The notes beneath the pieces were generated by a model. That model was not told where the DNA came from, did not search any database, and saw nothing but the letters and a program-made list of their open reading frames with translations. Both the position numbers and the translations under genes were made by a program. Shown here one piece after another: positions 19,419 through 29,340 of a stretch of 64,000 nucleotides of DNA (the first letter of the stretch is position 1; each line of letters starts with the position of its first letter). Origin of the DNA: an uncultured Planctomycetaceae bacterium (GTDB lineage: Bacteria; Planctomycetota; Planctomycetia; Pirellulales; PNKZ01); NCBI GenBank assembly GCA_964652155.1, contig CAZZBK010000010.1, positions 3,863 to 67,862 of the forward strand, written 5' to 3'.

Positions 19419-20870
19419 TTAAACCTTGCCGGCGGCCGGAACGACGAACGGAGCACGATACTCGCGGGTGAGCATGGTGTTGGCCTCGGAGTCGCCCGTG
19501 AACGTCTCGCTCTTGGGATCGAAGGCCAACGAGCGACCGAGGGCAATTTCGGTGTTCGCGCCAAGCTGATTGTCGGCCAGATGCTCGCTGAAGCGGGCAA
19601 AGGTGGCTTGGTTCTCGGATCCCTTGAGATGATCCTTGGCCTGCGCCAAGGGCATCTGTTTGCCGAGCCGATACGAGATGTTGCCCAAGTGGCACAGCGC
19701 GCTCGACAAGTGACCTTCGAGGATATCGGCGTTCAGGTCCGACACATTGCGGCTGCGAACCGCCTTGAGGAAGTTCTCAAAGTGATTATCGCCACCCTTG
19801 AACTCCTGGACCAGCTTGCCTTCGGGATCAAAGGCCGCGCCGCCGCTGTAGCTGCTCAGCACGACGTAACCCTCGGAGCCGTAGAAGATGTTGCCGACCT
19901 TGGCACCCTTGAGCGCGTCGGTCTTCAGGCCACGGACTTCAAACACCAGCGTCTTGCGACCGTAGTCGAACACGCAGACTTGGCTGTTGGCCGTCTCGCC
20001 GGCGTCTTCGTAGCTCAGTCGGCCACCGTAGCTGAACACGTTGTTGCACAGTTCGTTGACCCCCAGGCCCCAGCGGGCAACGTCGACCTGGTGGATGCCT
20101 TGGTTGCCAAGGTCGCCGTTGCCGGTCTCCCACACCCAGTGCCAATCATAGTGCAGATTCTTGCGGGTAAGGGGCAACATGCGTGCCGGACCACACCAGA
20201 GATTGTAGTCGACCTTGGCAGGCACCTCGTAGGTCCCCTTGGGGCCGATCGAGCCGCGCGGCTTGTAGCACAGGCCCCGCGCCAATGTGACCTCGCCAAT
20301 CTTGCCGGCCTTGATGTAGTTGATCGCGTCGATCGAGCCGCCAGCACTCCGGCACTGGGTGCCCGTCTGGCAAATTTTGTTGTACTTTCGAGCCGCCTCG
20401 ACAATCCGCCGCCCCTCGCTGACGTTATGACTGACGGGCTTTTCGACGTACACGTCTTTGCCGGCCTGGATGGCCCAAATGGCCGTCAGAGCGTGCCAAT
20501 GATTGGGAGTCGCGGTGCTGACGATGTCGAGATTCTTGTCATCAAAGGCCTGGCGCATGTCCTTGACGAACTTGGGACGACGGCCTTGCTTCTTCTCGAG
20601 TTCATCGCAGCGTTGCTGGCCGATGGCTTCGTCGACATCGACAATGTAGGTGATCTCGGTGTTGTTTTTGGCCGAGGCGGTGAACGCGCCGATGTGGCTT
20701 TGACCGCGTCCCTTGGCTCCGACAATGGCCACGCCCAGACGATCGTTGGCGCCCTTGCCGCTGGTGTTGCCCTCTTCGGCCAACACGCGTTGGCTTTGGC
20801 CGGCAGCGATGGCAGCCGCGGTGGCAAACATCGAGTCTTCTAGAAAACGTCGTCGTGACAGGTGCGACAT
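19419..20870 (-). CDS. Tat-exported Gfo/Idh/MocA family oxidoreductase
   Basis: Twin-arginine signal SRRRFLEDSMFATAAAIAAG. Rossmann start LGVAIVGAKGRGQSH. Gfo/Idh/MocA-like length and pattern. Confidence 0.85.
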   Translation of the reverse strand: MSHLSRRRFLEDSMFATAAAIAAGQSQRVLAEEGNTSGKGANDRLGVAIVGAKGRGQSHIGAFTASAKNNTEITYIVDVDEAIGQQRCDELEKKQGRRPKFVKDMRQAFDDKNLDIVSTATPNHWHALTAIWAIQAGKDVYVEKPVSHNVSEGRRIVEAARKYNKICQTGTQCRSAGGSIDAINYIKAGKIGEVTLARGLCYKPRGSIGPKGTYEVPAKVDYNLWCGPARMLPLTRKNLHYDWHWVWETGNGDLGNQGIHQVDVARWGLGVNELCNNVFSYGGRLSYEDAGETANSQVCVFDYGRKTLVFEVRGLKTDALKGAKVGNIFYGSEGYVVLSSYSGGAAFDPEGKLVQEFKGGDNHFENFLKAVRSRNVSDLNADILEGHLSSALCHLGNISYRLGKQMPLAQAKDHLKGSENQATFARFSEHLADNQLGANTEIALGRSLAFDPKSETFTGDSEANTMLTREYRAPFVVPAAGKV

Positions 20871-21113
20871 AGGACGCCTCTCGCAAAATAAAAAATGGGG
20901 AGGGGGAAATTAGGTGGGGCAGGAACCTATAGCTTAACCGAGTGCAAAGGCTGATGACTAGCTGATTTAGACGAAAACTCGGCGACTTGGCTAGGAGCTG
21001 GCAAGGCGGTCATCGAGCGACCGACAGGCTCTGGAGGGCGATTCGTCTCGAAGCGGCGCGCCAAATATAGAATCGGCCCGGGTCGCTACCTATTGTCACT
21101 TTGTAACTTGCGT

Positions 21114-21866
21114 CTAGCCATAGCGTTCGAGCAGCTTGTCGACCCCCCACGGACAAAGCCGATTGAGCCACACGAGCAACTGGCCGCGCACGTTCGGCAC
21201 GATCTCGTGCCGCTGTCGCTCGATCGCTCGCCAGGTGGCTATTGCGACATGCTCGGCCCTCACCCCGCGCTGTTGGGCCCAGCGGGTGTTGCCCGATCGT
21301 TCAACGACATGTTCGAAGAACTCGGTGTCGGTTGTGCCGGGGCTGACAACGAGCACGTGCATGCCGTCGCGCGCCAGTTCAGCCCGCAGCGCTTCGCTGA
21401 ACCCCTGGAGAGCAAACTTGCTGGCGCAATATTCGCTGCTGCGGGGCACGCCACGATGGCCAAGAATCGAACTGATGTTGACGATGGTTGGCCGCGACCC
21501 CGTTCTCAGCAGCGGCAACGCGAGGCGAATCAACTCGACCGCGGCAAAGAAGTTGACCTCCAGCACGCGGCGTAGTGTGTCGCTGCTTGATGTGTCAAAG
21601 CGTCCGAGTGCTCCGACCCCCGCGTTGTTGACGAGCACGTCGAGAGCGCCCCAGCGTGACGATGCATGCTCGATGAGTTGTTCGCGGACGCTCGGTTCGG
21701 TGATGTCTCCCGCGATGGATGAAACACCCTGGCCGAGTTGTTGTTCGAGTTGTGCAAGGTTCTCGTGGCGACGCGCGTTGAGAATCAACTCGCACGAGGC
21801 GGCCGACATGACCGTGGCGAGTTCGCGACCGATCCCACTCGAAGCTCCGGTGATGATCGTTCGCAT
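21114..21866 (-). CDS. SDR family oxidoreductase
   Basis: TGASSGIGRELA cofactor motif, NNAG, catalytic YCASK. Confidence 0.85.
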   Translation of the reverse strand: MRTIITGASSGIGRELATVMSAASCELILNARRHENLAQLEQQLGQGVSSIAGDITEPSVREQLIEHASSRWGALDVLVNNAGVGALGRFDTSSSDTLRRVLEVNFFAAVELIRLALPLLRTGSRPTIVNISSILGHRGVPRSSEYCASKFALQGFSEALRAELARDGMHVLVVSPGTTDTEFFEHVVERSGNTRWAQQRGVRAEHVAIATWRAIERQRHEIVPNVRGQLLVWLNRLCPWGVDKLLERYG

Positions 21867-21899
21867 GGGAGATGGGGCATTGCACCGAGGCCGGCGTGT

Positions 21900-22103
21900 T
21901 TAATGCAGCGTCGTTCGCGCGGCCTCGGTGCCCAACGTGGCCAGCCTCAACCCCACGGTCGGCGCGGTGCCTTTGACGACCGGCGCGAACTCGGCGAGTG
22001 CTTGCTCAACTTGGCCTTCCAGCGCGATGAGCTGTTGCAGCACATCGTCTTGCCGGGCTTCAAGTTCTTTGAGCAAATCTTGTCGCGCGAGGTCAACACT
22101 CAT
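21900..22103 (-). CDS. hypothetical small coiled-coil protein (weak call; ORF could extend to 22307)
   Basis: MSVDLARQDLLKELEARQDDVLQQLIALEGQVEQALAEF heptad-like sequence, 33 bp upstream of the SDR gene on the same strand. No homology recognised. Confidence 0.25.
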   Translation of the reverse strand: MSVDLARQDLLKELEARQDDVLQQLIALEGQVEQALAEFAPVVKGTAPTVGLRLATLGTEAARTTLH

Positions 22104-22472
22104 CGTGGTCAACAGGTTCCGCGGCTGCGATTTGAGGGGGAGGCAATCGGCCAACAGATAGTCCCATCGACCGTTATGAGCCGCATATTCAGTCGACCAC
22201 CCGAGACGGGGTGCGAGTTGTGAGGGTCCGGCGAGTGTGTTAAACCGCGCCGAGTTTACCGGTCGCCGGACAACCGTCAGCGCCTCGCTAAAGTGCCCAG
22301 AAAGCAAGGTCGACGACTCGCATGATCTCCTCCGCGGGCATGGAGGCGCGTTCTCCCAAACTCGCCAGGCCCGATAATTGGGCCCGATTGGCCCAAATGA
22401 CGCCTAGACACTGCACCGTGCGCACAGGACAATTTTGGCGTGGGCCTTGTGGAAGTCCGAGAGGGTCGAGCG

Positions 22473-23501
22473 ATGTTACGCGGCGTGTTGGTCGGATTCA
22501 TTGCCCTGTTGGGGCTCGGTGGGACGGCGCGGGCCGACAAACTGCCCCTCGTCGGCACGGTCGTGCATGCGATTCCGCGGACCCACGACGAGTTGGCGGT
22601 GGCTCATGAGCAAGCAGCCGCTCGGATGGGGGTGCTCGTCTCGCCCGGCAAGCCGCTGCATGTTCCGCACCTTACAGAGCAGCGTGTGGTGCGCGACGCA
22701 CGGACGGCTGCTGGCCAATTGCTCGACATGCCCTTGACCTTTGATTACAGCCGGCACAGCTTTCTGGCGGTCGGCATGGACATGACCCCGGGGGATCAAC
22801 GCACGCTGCCGTTCTTTTCGGGCTCGACGATTCTGGATCGCGTGCGGCGTTATTATCTCTGTTTTGGCGTGCATGTGAAACGAGACATGAGCGGGCAGAT
22901 GTATTTGGACGATCGGGCCCATGTGGCCGTGGCGGATTTTAGCTCGGCCAAGTCGCAGCCTTCGATCGAGATGGTCGACTCATCGATACGCGACTTGCGC
23001 GGGCACGGGTTATTCGTCCGACCCGACGAGTCGCTTTCGGATGAGTCGCTGCGCACGCTTGTGCTGATCAACAAAAGCACGCTGGTGAAACGGGACTCCC
23101 AGGGGCGTGAGCGTTACGCGCCCAGCTACGAATTGACATTTGTACGAGCGTTGGTCGACGAACGCGATCAGGGCGTCGAGTTGCATGTATTCACCACGGC
23201 CAACGAACGCGCCGAATTGCACTACCTTGAGCCTTTCGCGCCCCCTCAATCGCTGGCCGATTGCGGCATGAAAGGCACGGTGACCTTCACGCAGTATGGT
23301 TTCGCCGGACAGTTGCCCTCGGCCAAGGCCATTCGTCAGGCCAGCGTTCGCAGCCAGAGTTCGATCAGCATGGACGACTTTGATCGCTTTGCGATGCAGC
23401 AAAACTGGACCGGCGGCGCTTTCGATCATTTAACCCAAGCGCTCGATGCGATCATCGCGGGCAAGCTGGCCGGCACGACGATCAAGGCGAAGAAAGAGTA
23501 G
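22473..23501 (+). CDS. hypothetical secreted protein
   Basis: Signal peptide MLRGVLVGFIALLGLGGTARA at ATG 22473. Long GC3-rich ORF. No recognised domain. Confidence 0.5.
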   Translation: MLRGVLVGFIALLGLGGTARADKLPLVGTVVHAIPRTHDELAVAHEQAAARMGVLVSPGKPLHVPHLTEQRVVRDARTAAGQLLDMPLTFDYSRHSFLAVGMDMTPGDQRTLPFFSGSTILDRVRRYYLCFGVHVKRDMSGQMYLDDRAHVAVADFSSAKSQPSIEMVDSSIRDLRGHGLFVRPDESLSDESLRTLVLINKSTLVKRDSQGRERYAPSYELTFVRALVDERDQGVELHVFTTANERAELHYLEPFAPPQSLADCGMKGTVTFTQYGFAGQLPSAKAIRQASVRSQSSISMDDFDRFAMQQNWTGGAFDHLTQALDAIIAGKLAGTTIKAKKE

Positions 23502-23507
23502 TGAGCC

Positions 23508-24053
23508 GTGACCGACGCTGAATCGGGGCGCTCGTTTTCGCAGCAGCGACACAAGCCCCCCTCGTCACTGGATCGGCCCCGCGAGTTGATCGTCGCCTGC
23601 GCGCCGCTGCGCAGCAACGTGAATTTGTCGCGCATCGTTCGCACGGCTGGCTGTTGCGGGATTCGCACGTTGATCTGCTGCGGGCAGGCGAAGCTGATCG
23701 ACAAAATTGCCCGCGACGCCGTGGATGATGGCGGCCGCGAAGGAGACCCGAGCGGTGTGACTCTGCGCGTGCATCGCACGCTTGGCCCGGTGCTCGATCA
23801 GTTGAAGCTCGATGGCTACCGGCTCGTGGGCCTGGAACAGACCACCGACTCGCACAATCTGCATGAGTACGCTTTCCCACGGCGTTGCGTGCTTGTGGTG
23901 GGTAACGAGCGTAACGGCCTGGACGACGATATCTTGCGCCGACTCGACGACGTCGTCGAGATTCCCGTCTACGGCTCGCCTCACGCCTATAATGTGGCCA
24001 CGGCGACCTCGATCGCCTTGTATGAGTACTGCCGGCAGTTTCCCAGGGGATGA
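23508..24053 (+). CDS. TrmH/SpoU family RNA 2'-O-methyltransferase
   Basis: SpoU motifs NVNLSRIVRTAGCCGI, LVVGNERNGL and IPVYGSPHAYNVATATSIALYEY. Confidence 0.8.
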   Translation: MTDAESGRSFSQQRHKPPSSLDRPRELIVACAPLRSNVNLSRIVRTAGCCGIRTLICCGQAKLIDKIARDAVDDGGREGDPSGVTLRVHRTLGPVLDQLKLDGYRLVGLEQTTDSHNLHEYAFPRRCVLVVGNERNGLDDDILRRLDDVVEIPVYGSPHAYNVATATSIALYEYCRQFPRG

Positions 24054-24062
24054 GATTGAGCT

Positions 24063-24149
24063 ATTGATTGAGGTTCAAGTAGTTAAGTTCAGAAGGACGA
24101 CCAGCGGGAGTCTGATCATACCGGCCTCGCGTTGCTCGGCCTGTTAAGC
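24063..24149 (-). repeat. imperfect-palindrome intergenic element, copy 2 (inverted orientation)
   Basis: The reverse complement reads cttaacaggccgagcaacgcgaggccggtatgatcagactcccgctggtcgtccttctgaacttaactacttgaacctcaat. Long identical blocks with copy 1. Confidence 0.85.
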
Positions 24150-24364
24150 TGGTTATGTGAGCATCAATAGCCCTCGGCGATAGGGCCGCAGGTCCGTACA
24201 TCGGGGGTTGAACGTCCCGCGCTTCGAGTTTCGCAGTAAGGTCGCAGACAAAATCTGGCTGAGCATTGCTAACTGGGCTATTCAAATAGGGACGAGCGGT
24301 TTTTAATGCTGCTCTGAATTTACACTCGTCACCACGACCCTCTCGAACCGCAACGACCGCACTC

Positions 24365-25885
24365 ATGGCCAAGCAGCAAAACGCAATCAGCCCGACCCGC
24401 GAGCAAGATTATCCCGAATGGTACCAGCAGGTGGTCAAGGCCGCCGACTTGGCCGAGATCTCGGCCGTCCGGGGCTGCATGATCATCAAGCCCTGGGGTT
24501 ACGCGATTTGGGAGTTGATCCAGCAGACGTTGGATCGCATGTTCAAGGAGACGGGGCATCAGAACGCGTACTTCCCGCTGTTCATCCCGCTAAGCTTTCT
24601 TGAAAAGGAAGCCGAGCACGTCGAGGGGTTTGCCAAAGAGTGCGCCGTGGTCACGCATCACCGTTTGGAATCCGACGGCCAAGGGGGCCTGCGCCCCACG
24701 GGCGAATTGGAAGAGCCGCTCATCGTCCGTCCCACGAGCGAGACGATTATCGGCGCCAGCTTTGCCAAGTGGGTGCAGTCGTGGCGCGATCTGCCGCTGC
24801 TGATCAATCAATGGGCGAATGTCGTCCGCTGGGAAATGCGACCCCGCATCTTTTTACGCACGGCCGAGTTTCTCTGGCAAGAAGGGCACACGGCCCATGC
24901 CACGAAAGACGAAGCGGTCGAAGAAACACGCCGCATGCTCGACGTCTACGCCACATTTGCCGAGCAGTACCTGGCACTGCCCGTGATCAAAGGTGAGAAG
25001 ACCGCCGGCGAACGATTCCCGGGCGCGGTCGACACCTACTGCATCGAGGCGATGATGCAGGATCGCAAAGCGCTCCAGGCAGGCACGTCACACTTTTTGG
25101 GCCAAAATTTCTCGCGTGCTCAGGAGATCAAGTTTCAGAACCCTAGCGGCGAGGTTGAGTTTGCCTGGACGACCAGTTGGGGCGTGTCGACACGGTTGAT
25201 CGGCGCGCTGATTATGACCCACAGCGACGACGACGGCCTGGTGTTGCCACCGCGGCTGGCCCCGCAACAGGTGGTGATTCTGCCCGTCACGCGAACCGAG
25301 GAAGAACGCGCGGCGGTGCTCGACTACTGCCGAGGACTGGAGCAGCAACTCGCGGCGAGCGACTACCACGGCCAGAAGATTCGCGTCCACCTCGATGCCC
25401 GTGACATGCGTGGCGGCGAGAAGAATTGGTATCACGTCAAGCGTGGCGTGCCGCTGCGGGTCGAGATCGGGCCGCGCGAGATGGCCGCCGGCAACATCTG
25501 TTACGCCCGCCGCGACAAAGGCCCCAAAGAGACCACGATCATTTCCCGCGACGCATTCGCCGCGACGGCCGCGGCGTTGCTCGACGAGGTGCAACAATCA
25601 CTGTTCGATCGCGCGCTCAAGCATCGCGTTGAGAACACGCGACCGATCGACAACCAAGCCGAGTTCATCCGCTACTTCACGCCGAAGAATGAAGACAAGC
25701 CCGAGATGCACGGCGGGTTTGCGATTTCGCACGTCGACGACACCGACCCCGCGGTGCAAGAGAAGCTCAAGGAACTCAAGGTGACGGTCCGCTGTTTGCC
25801 CTTGAGCGACTCACCGACGAGCGGGACCTGCATTTTCAGCGGCAAGCCGCTGACGCGGCAAGCCATTCTTGCCAAGGCGTATTGA
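24365..25885 (+). CDS. proS: proline--tRNA ligase
   Basis: 506 aa. YPEWYQQVVKAADLAE...RGCMIIKPWGYAIWE N-terminus and class II motifs typical of the archaeal/eukaryote-like ProRS. Confidence 0.93.
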   Translation: MAKQQNAISPTREQDYPEWYQQVVKAADLAEISAVRGCMIIKPWGYAIWELIQQTLDRMFKETGHQNAYFPLFIPLSFLEKEAEHVEGFAKECAVVTHHRLESDGQGGLRPTGELEEPLIVRPTSETIIGASFAKWVQSWRDLPLLINQWANVVRWEMRPRIFLRTAEFLWQEGHTAHATKDEAVEETRRMLDVYATFAEQYLALPVIKGEKTAGERFPGAVDTYCIEAMMQDRKALQAGTSHFLGQNFSRAQEIKFQNPSGEVEFAWTTSWGVSTRLIGALIMTHSDDDGLVLPPRLAPQQVVILPVTRTEEERAAVLDYCRGLEQQLAASDYHGQKIRVHLDARDMRGGEKNWYHVKRGVPLRVEIGPREMAAGNICYARRDKGPKETTIISRDAFAATAAALLDEVQQSLFDRALKHRVENTRPIDNQAEFIRYFTPKNEDKPEMHGGFAISHVDDTDPAVQEKLKELKVTVRCLPLSDSPTSGTCIFSGKPLTRQAILAKAY

Positions 25886-25897
25886 GCGTGCGTGACG

Positions 25898-27520
25898 CTA
25901 TTTCAGCTCAAGCTTGTCGGCCTCGCCCAGCAATTGCCTGATGAGTTCTTCTCCTTTGCGACGCTCGTCGTCGAGTTGCCGATCGAATTCTTGCCGTGTG
26001 CGCTGTTGCGCCTGCTCCCAGAGTTGCAGGGCCGAGTCAAGCTCCTTGCGCATTCGTTCCAAGGTCCGCTCAGAGTAGGCGGGGTCGGCGACCCAGCCTT
26101 CCTCTTTGAGGATATTTCGCTCGGCAGCCTTGCTCGCGCTCTTCAGCGACTTGGTGACTTTCGAGTTCGATGGGGCCAACAGCATCGTGAGCACGACGAG
26201 TCCGACGAGGCTGCCGATGGTGGCGGGCAAGACCCAGCCGGAGGTTGCGGGCACCGGCACAACCTGGACCGGCGCGGCTCGGCTTTCCAACGGCGGGTTG
26301 CGCTCGGCTGCTTGGGTGATGTCGCCCCCCGCTTGCGTGCGCGGCTCGCCTTGCTCGGCGTTCAACGCGCGCGAGCCGTTTACGGCCTGCGAACTCGCCA
26401 CGGCTGCCGAGGCTTCGGGATCATGCGCGCCGCCAGACATCGTGAACAACGTGGCGGGTAAATCCCATGCGGGTGGACCCAACTCGACGCGGAGCGACTC
26501 GAGATCGTGGAGTAAATCGCTCATCGAGGCATAGCGATCTTCAGGCCGTTTGGCGACCATTCGTTGGAACATCGCTTCGAGCCGCGGCGGTACATCGCTG
26601 AGCGATTCGCTCAATCGCGGGATGGGGGCCTCGCGATGGGCCAGGATCCGCTCCAGCATGGTCTGACGGCGATACAGCTTCTTCGTCGTCAGCAGTCGAT
26701 AGAGCGTGCAGCCCAGGCTGTACACATCCGCGCGGGCATCGGCCGTGCGCGTGTCGAGCGCCTGCTCGGGGGCCATGTAGTCGACCGTCCCCAGGATATT
26801 GCCCGTGTGCGTGAGGCATTCGTTGTCGTCTTCGTCCGGGGGTTCGCCCCACAGGCTGTCGAGTCGGGCGGCGCCCATGTCCAGAATCTTGACTGTCCCC
26901 TGCCGATCGATGAGCAGATTACCTGGCTTAATGTCGCGATGGATAATCCCTTCGCCGTGGGCGTGTTCTAAACCGCGGGCCGCTTGCCAAATGCAGTCGA
27001 TGGCCGCTGGCAACGACATGGCTCCGCGCTGTTTGATCCAATGGGCCAAGTCAATACCGTCGACAAACTCCATGACCAGATAGTACAGACCGACTTGTTC
27101 GCGGGCATCGAGCGCCGCGACGATGTTGGGATGCTGCAGTCGACCCGACGCCTGCACCTCGCGTTGAAAGCGGGCAACCACATCGGGCGAATGGCTCAGA
27201 TTGGCATGCAATACTTTGAGCGCCACGACGCGGCGCAGCTTGCGATGTCGGGCCCGATAGACGAGCCCCATGCCGCCCGTTCCGACCAACTGCTCGACGA
27301 TGTAATCGCCGTACACGAGTCCCGAGCCGCGACCCGCCAGCAGCTCTTTACGCTGATAATCGGTGAGTCGGCCTCGGTCGACGAGCCACTGCGCGAACAC
27401 GGCCTCGTCGACGAAGCTATGGGCCGTGCGATATTGCGTGAGCGCAGACTCGGCCTCGGCCGGGCTCAAAAGCTGCAGCGTGGTCAGTTGTTGAACAAGT
27501 TTGTCGATCGCTGGATTCAT
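25898..27520 (-). CDS. membrane-anchored serine/threonine protein kinase
   Basis: Hanks kinase motifs GTGGMGLVY, VALK, HRDIKPGNLL, DMGAA, APE. One TM helix (WVLPATIGSLVGLVVLTMLLA) and a charged C-terminal coiled-coil tail. Confidence 0.88.
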   Translation of the reverse strand: MNPAIDKLVQQLTTLQLLSPAEAESALTQYRTAHSFVDEAVFAQWLVDRGRLTDYQRKELLAGRGSGLVYGDYIVEQLVGTGGMGLVYRARHRKLRRVVALKVLHANLSHSPDVVARFQREVQASGRLQHPNIVAALDAREQVGLYYLVMEFVDGIDLAHWIKQRGAMSLPAAIDCIWQAARGLEHAHGEGIIHRDIKPGNLLIDRQGTVKILDMGAARLDSLWGEPPDEDDNECLTHTGNILGTVDYMAPEQALDTRTADARADVYSLGCTLYRLLTTKKLYRRQTMLERILAHREAPIPRLSESLSDVPPRLEAMFQRMVAKRPEDRYASMSDLLHDLESLRVELGPPAWDLPATLFTMSGGAHDPEASAAVASSQAVNGSRALNAEQGEPRTQAGGDITQAAERNPPLESRAAPVQVVPVPATSGWVLPATIGSLVGLVVLTMLLAPSNSKVTKSLKSASKAAERNILKEEGWVADPAYSERTLERMRKELDSALQLWEQAQQRTRQEFDRQLDDERRKGEELIRQLLGEADKLELK

Positions 27521-27659
27521 TCAGAGCAGTCGCAACAAAAGGCCCGAGACGAATGATTGAGCATACCAGCGCCGTCAAGCAGCGTCGAATTCGTACCTCA
27601 ACCCATGTCTTGTGTTCTCCGCGTTGGTTATGAACGAGGGGCCACGCAACCGAGGTTGC

Positions 27660-28766
27660 CTAGTTGCCGGTTTCGACCTCGCTCAAGTCAGGCGATTGAA
27701 CATTGGCCAGTTCGTGGCGCAGGCTTAGATACGAGATCGCCCCCACGGCGGCAATCACGATCGTGATCAGTCGATAGACGAGCGCCACGATCAGCCCTTG
27801 GCCCGGCTGAACCGAGACCGTGGTGGGGACGTAGCGGTACAGCAAATCGACCACCATCTCGAACGCGCCGAGCCCCGACATCGGTAGCGGCAACACGCCG
27901 GTGATCATGGCCAGCGGCACAATCACGCCGTGCTCGGCCAAGTCTGGGCTCGCTCCCGGCAGACCGCGCGAGACCAGGTAGAAGGTCAAGGCAAAACAGG
28001 CCTGCGCGGCGACGCTCTGCAGCAACGCCACCGCCAGAACGACAGGCTGTTGTCGATACAGCCGCACCGCGCCCAAGAGTTTGCCGATGATCGATCCCAC
28101 GCGCGGCAACTCGGTCAGCCACAGCGTGATCCGCCCGCGACTGACGCCCGGCACCAGCATCGCGCTCAGCCCCAGGGTGCTCAGCGCCGCAGCGAAGAGC
28201 GTGGCTTGAGCGATCAACCGGGTCTCGCGATGCGGTGCCTCGAAGAGCCGAAACCACAATACCGCCATCGCCGACAACACGAACAGCGCATACAAGCCGA
28301 TGACTCGATCGAACAGTACGGTCGCCACGGCCTCGGGTCGGCGCTGAGGATGCTCGCGCGCCACGGCCACCGCTTTGAACAAATCGCCTCCGACAGCCCC
28401 CAAGGCGACGAAGTTCAGCAGGTAGCCCAAGAAGCCCAGTCGCATGGCTCGCCAAAAAGAGAACGGGAGCCCGAGCGCTCGCACGAGCGTGTGCCAGCGC
28501 ACGAACGTGAGCACGACTCCCACGAAACAGACGCACCAAGCGAGCGTGAATTGCCCATAATCTTTCGGTGCAGCGAGGAACTCGGTAAAAAGCTGATCGC
28601 TCCGAACATCGCGGACCAAATAGGCCAAGATGCCGATCGCGATGACGATCTTCAGGCAATTCACGATCCACGGTTTCAACGCATCATCCTCGCGGCGCGT
28701 GCTCCGTCCGCCGGTAATCGTCTCGGCTCGGCGCGTGCACGGACACCCATGATAGCGGCAACCCAT
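27660..28766 (-). CDS. UPF0104 / LPG-synthase-TM (flippase-like) integral membrane protein
   Basis: Multiple hydrophobic helices. Pattern resembles the flippase-like domain often paired with GT2 enzymes. True start may be the TTG at 28679 (LKPWIVNCLKIV...), because the N-terminal 29 codons look non-coding. Confidence 0.65.
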   Translation of the reverse strand: MGCRYHGCPCTRRAETITGGRSTRREDDALKPWIVNCLKIVIAIGILAYLVRDVRSDQLFTEFLAAPKDYGQFTLAWCVCFVGVVLTFVRWHTLVRALGLPFSFWRAMRLGFLGYLLNFVALGAVGGDLFKAVAVAREHPQRRPEAVATVLFDRVIGLYALFVLSAMAVLWFRLFEAPHRETRLIAQATLFAAALSTLGLSAMLVPGVSRGRITLWLTELPRVGSIIGKLLGAVRLYRQQPVVLAVALLQSVAAQACFALTFYLVSRGLPGASPDLAEHGVIVPLAMITGVLPLPMSGLGAFEMVVDLLYRYVPTTVSVQPGQGLIVALVYRLITIVIAAVGAISYLSLRHELANVQSPDLSEVETGN

Positions 28767-29340
28767 AAAAAAAGCCTCGGAAGCATCATGCCACCGAGGC
28801 TAACACAAAACTGGAGATAAAAGTTGGAGGGGACTTCCGGGCCGCGAGCGAATCGCCGACAGTCGATCCATACGTCGCCGCCCTCCAAATCTCCATGACG
28901 AGTTAAGAGGACCGCGACGTCGCTCCCCAACGGGCGCAACGCGCAGAATGCTTCACAATCAAGTGCCTCCCCGATAGGCCGACGAACGCCAGCCGTTATG
29001 CTTCGATCGCCCCGCGACATTTAAGCCGAACGGCGATTTCTCTGTTTCGTTGTAAAACTACTTCGTTCCAACCATCGCTGCATTTTGTCGCGTGGCCTGC
29101 ACCACGCGAGCAACATTCAACTTGAATACGCACGTGAATGTCACTCGCGTATTTTGCGAACCATTCGGAATATGTCAAGCAACTTTTCCGCAGCATTTTT
29201 TTCTCGCGCGCTTTCATCTTGACAATAGCGCACAAAATCTCTCGTGATCGCTTCAGGATAATCGCAATTGTCGCGCGACGCCGCTTCGCTCTACGATATC
29301 ACAGTCACCATGCAGACTCGCGCTTCGCGTTACGCTCACG

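Noticed and set aside
19581-20843. 420-aa plus-strand ORF antisense to the Gfo/Idh/MocA gene
   Set aside because: No motifs and an antisense codon pattern. The real gene has a Tat signal and a Rossmann fold.
28996-29235. 79-aa minus-strand ORF in the AT-rich divergent intergenic region
   Set aside because: No RBS or start context, atypical composition and no motif. More likely non-coding regulatory DNA, which is reported as a finding instead.
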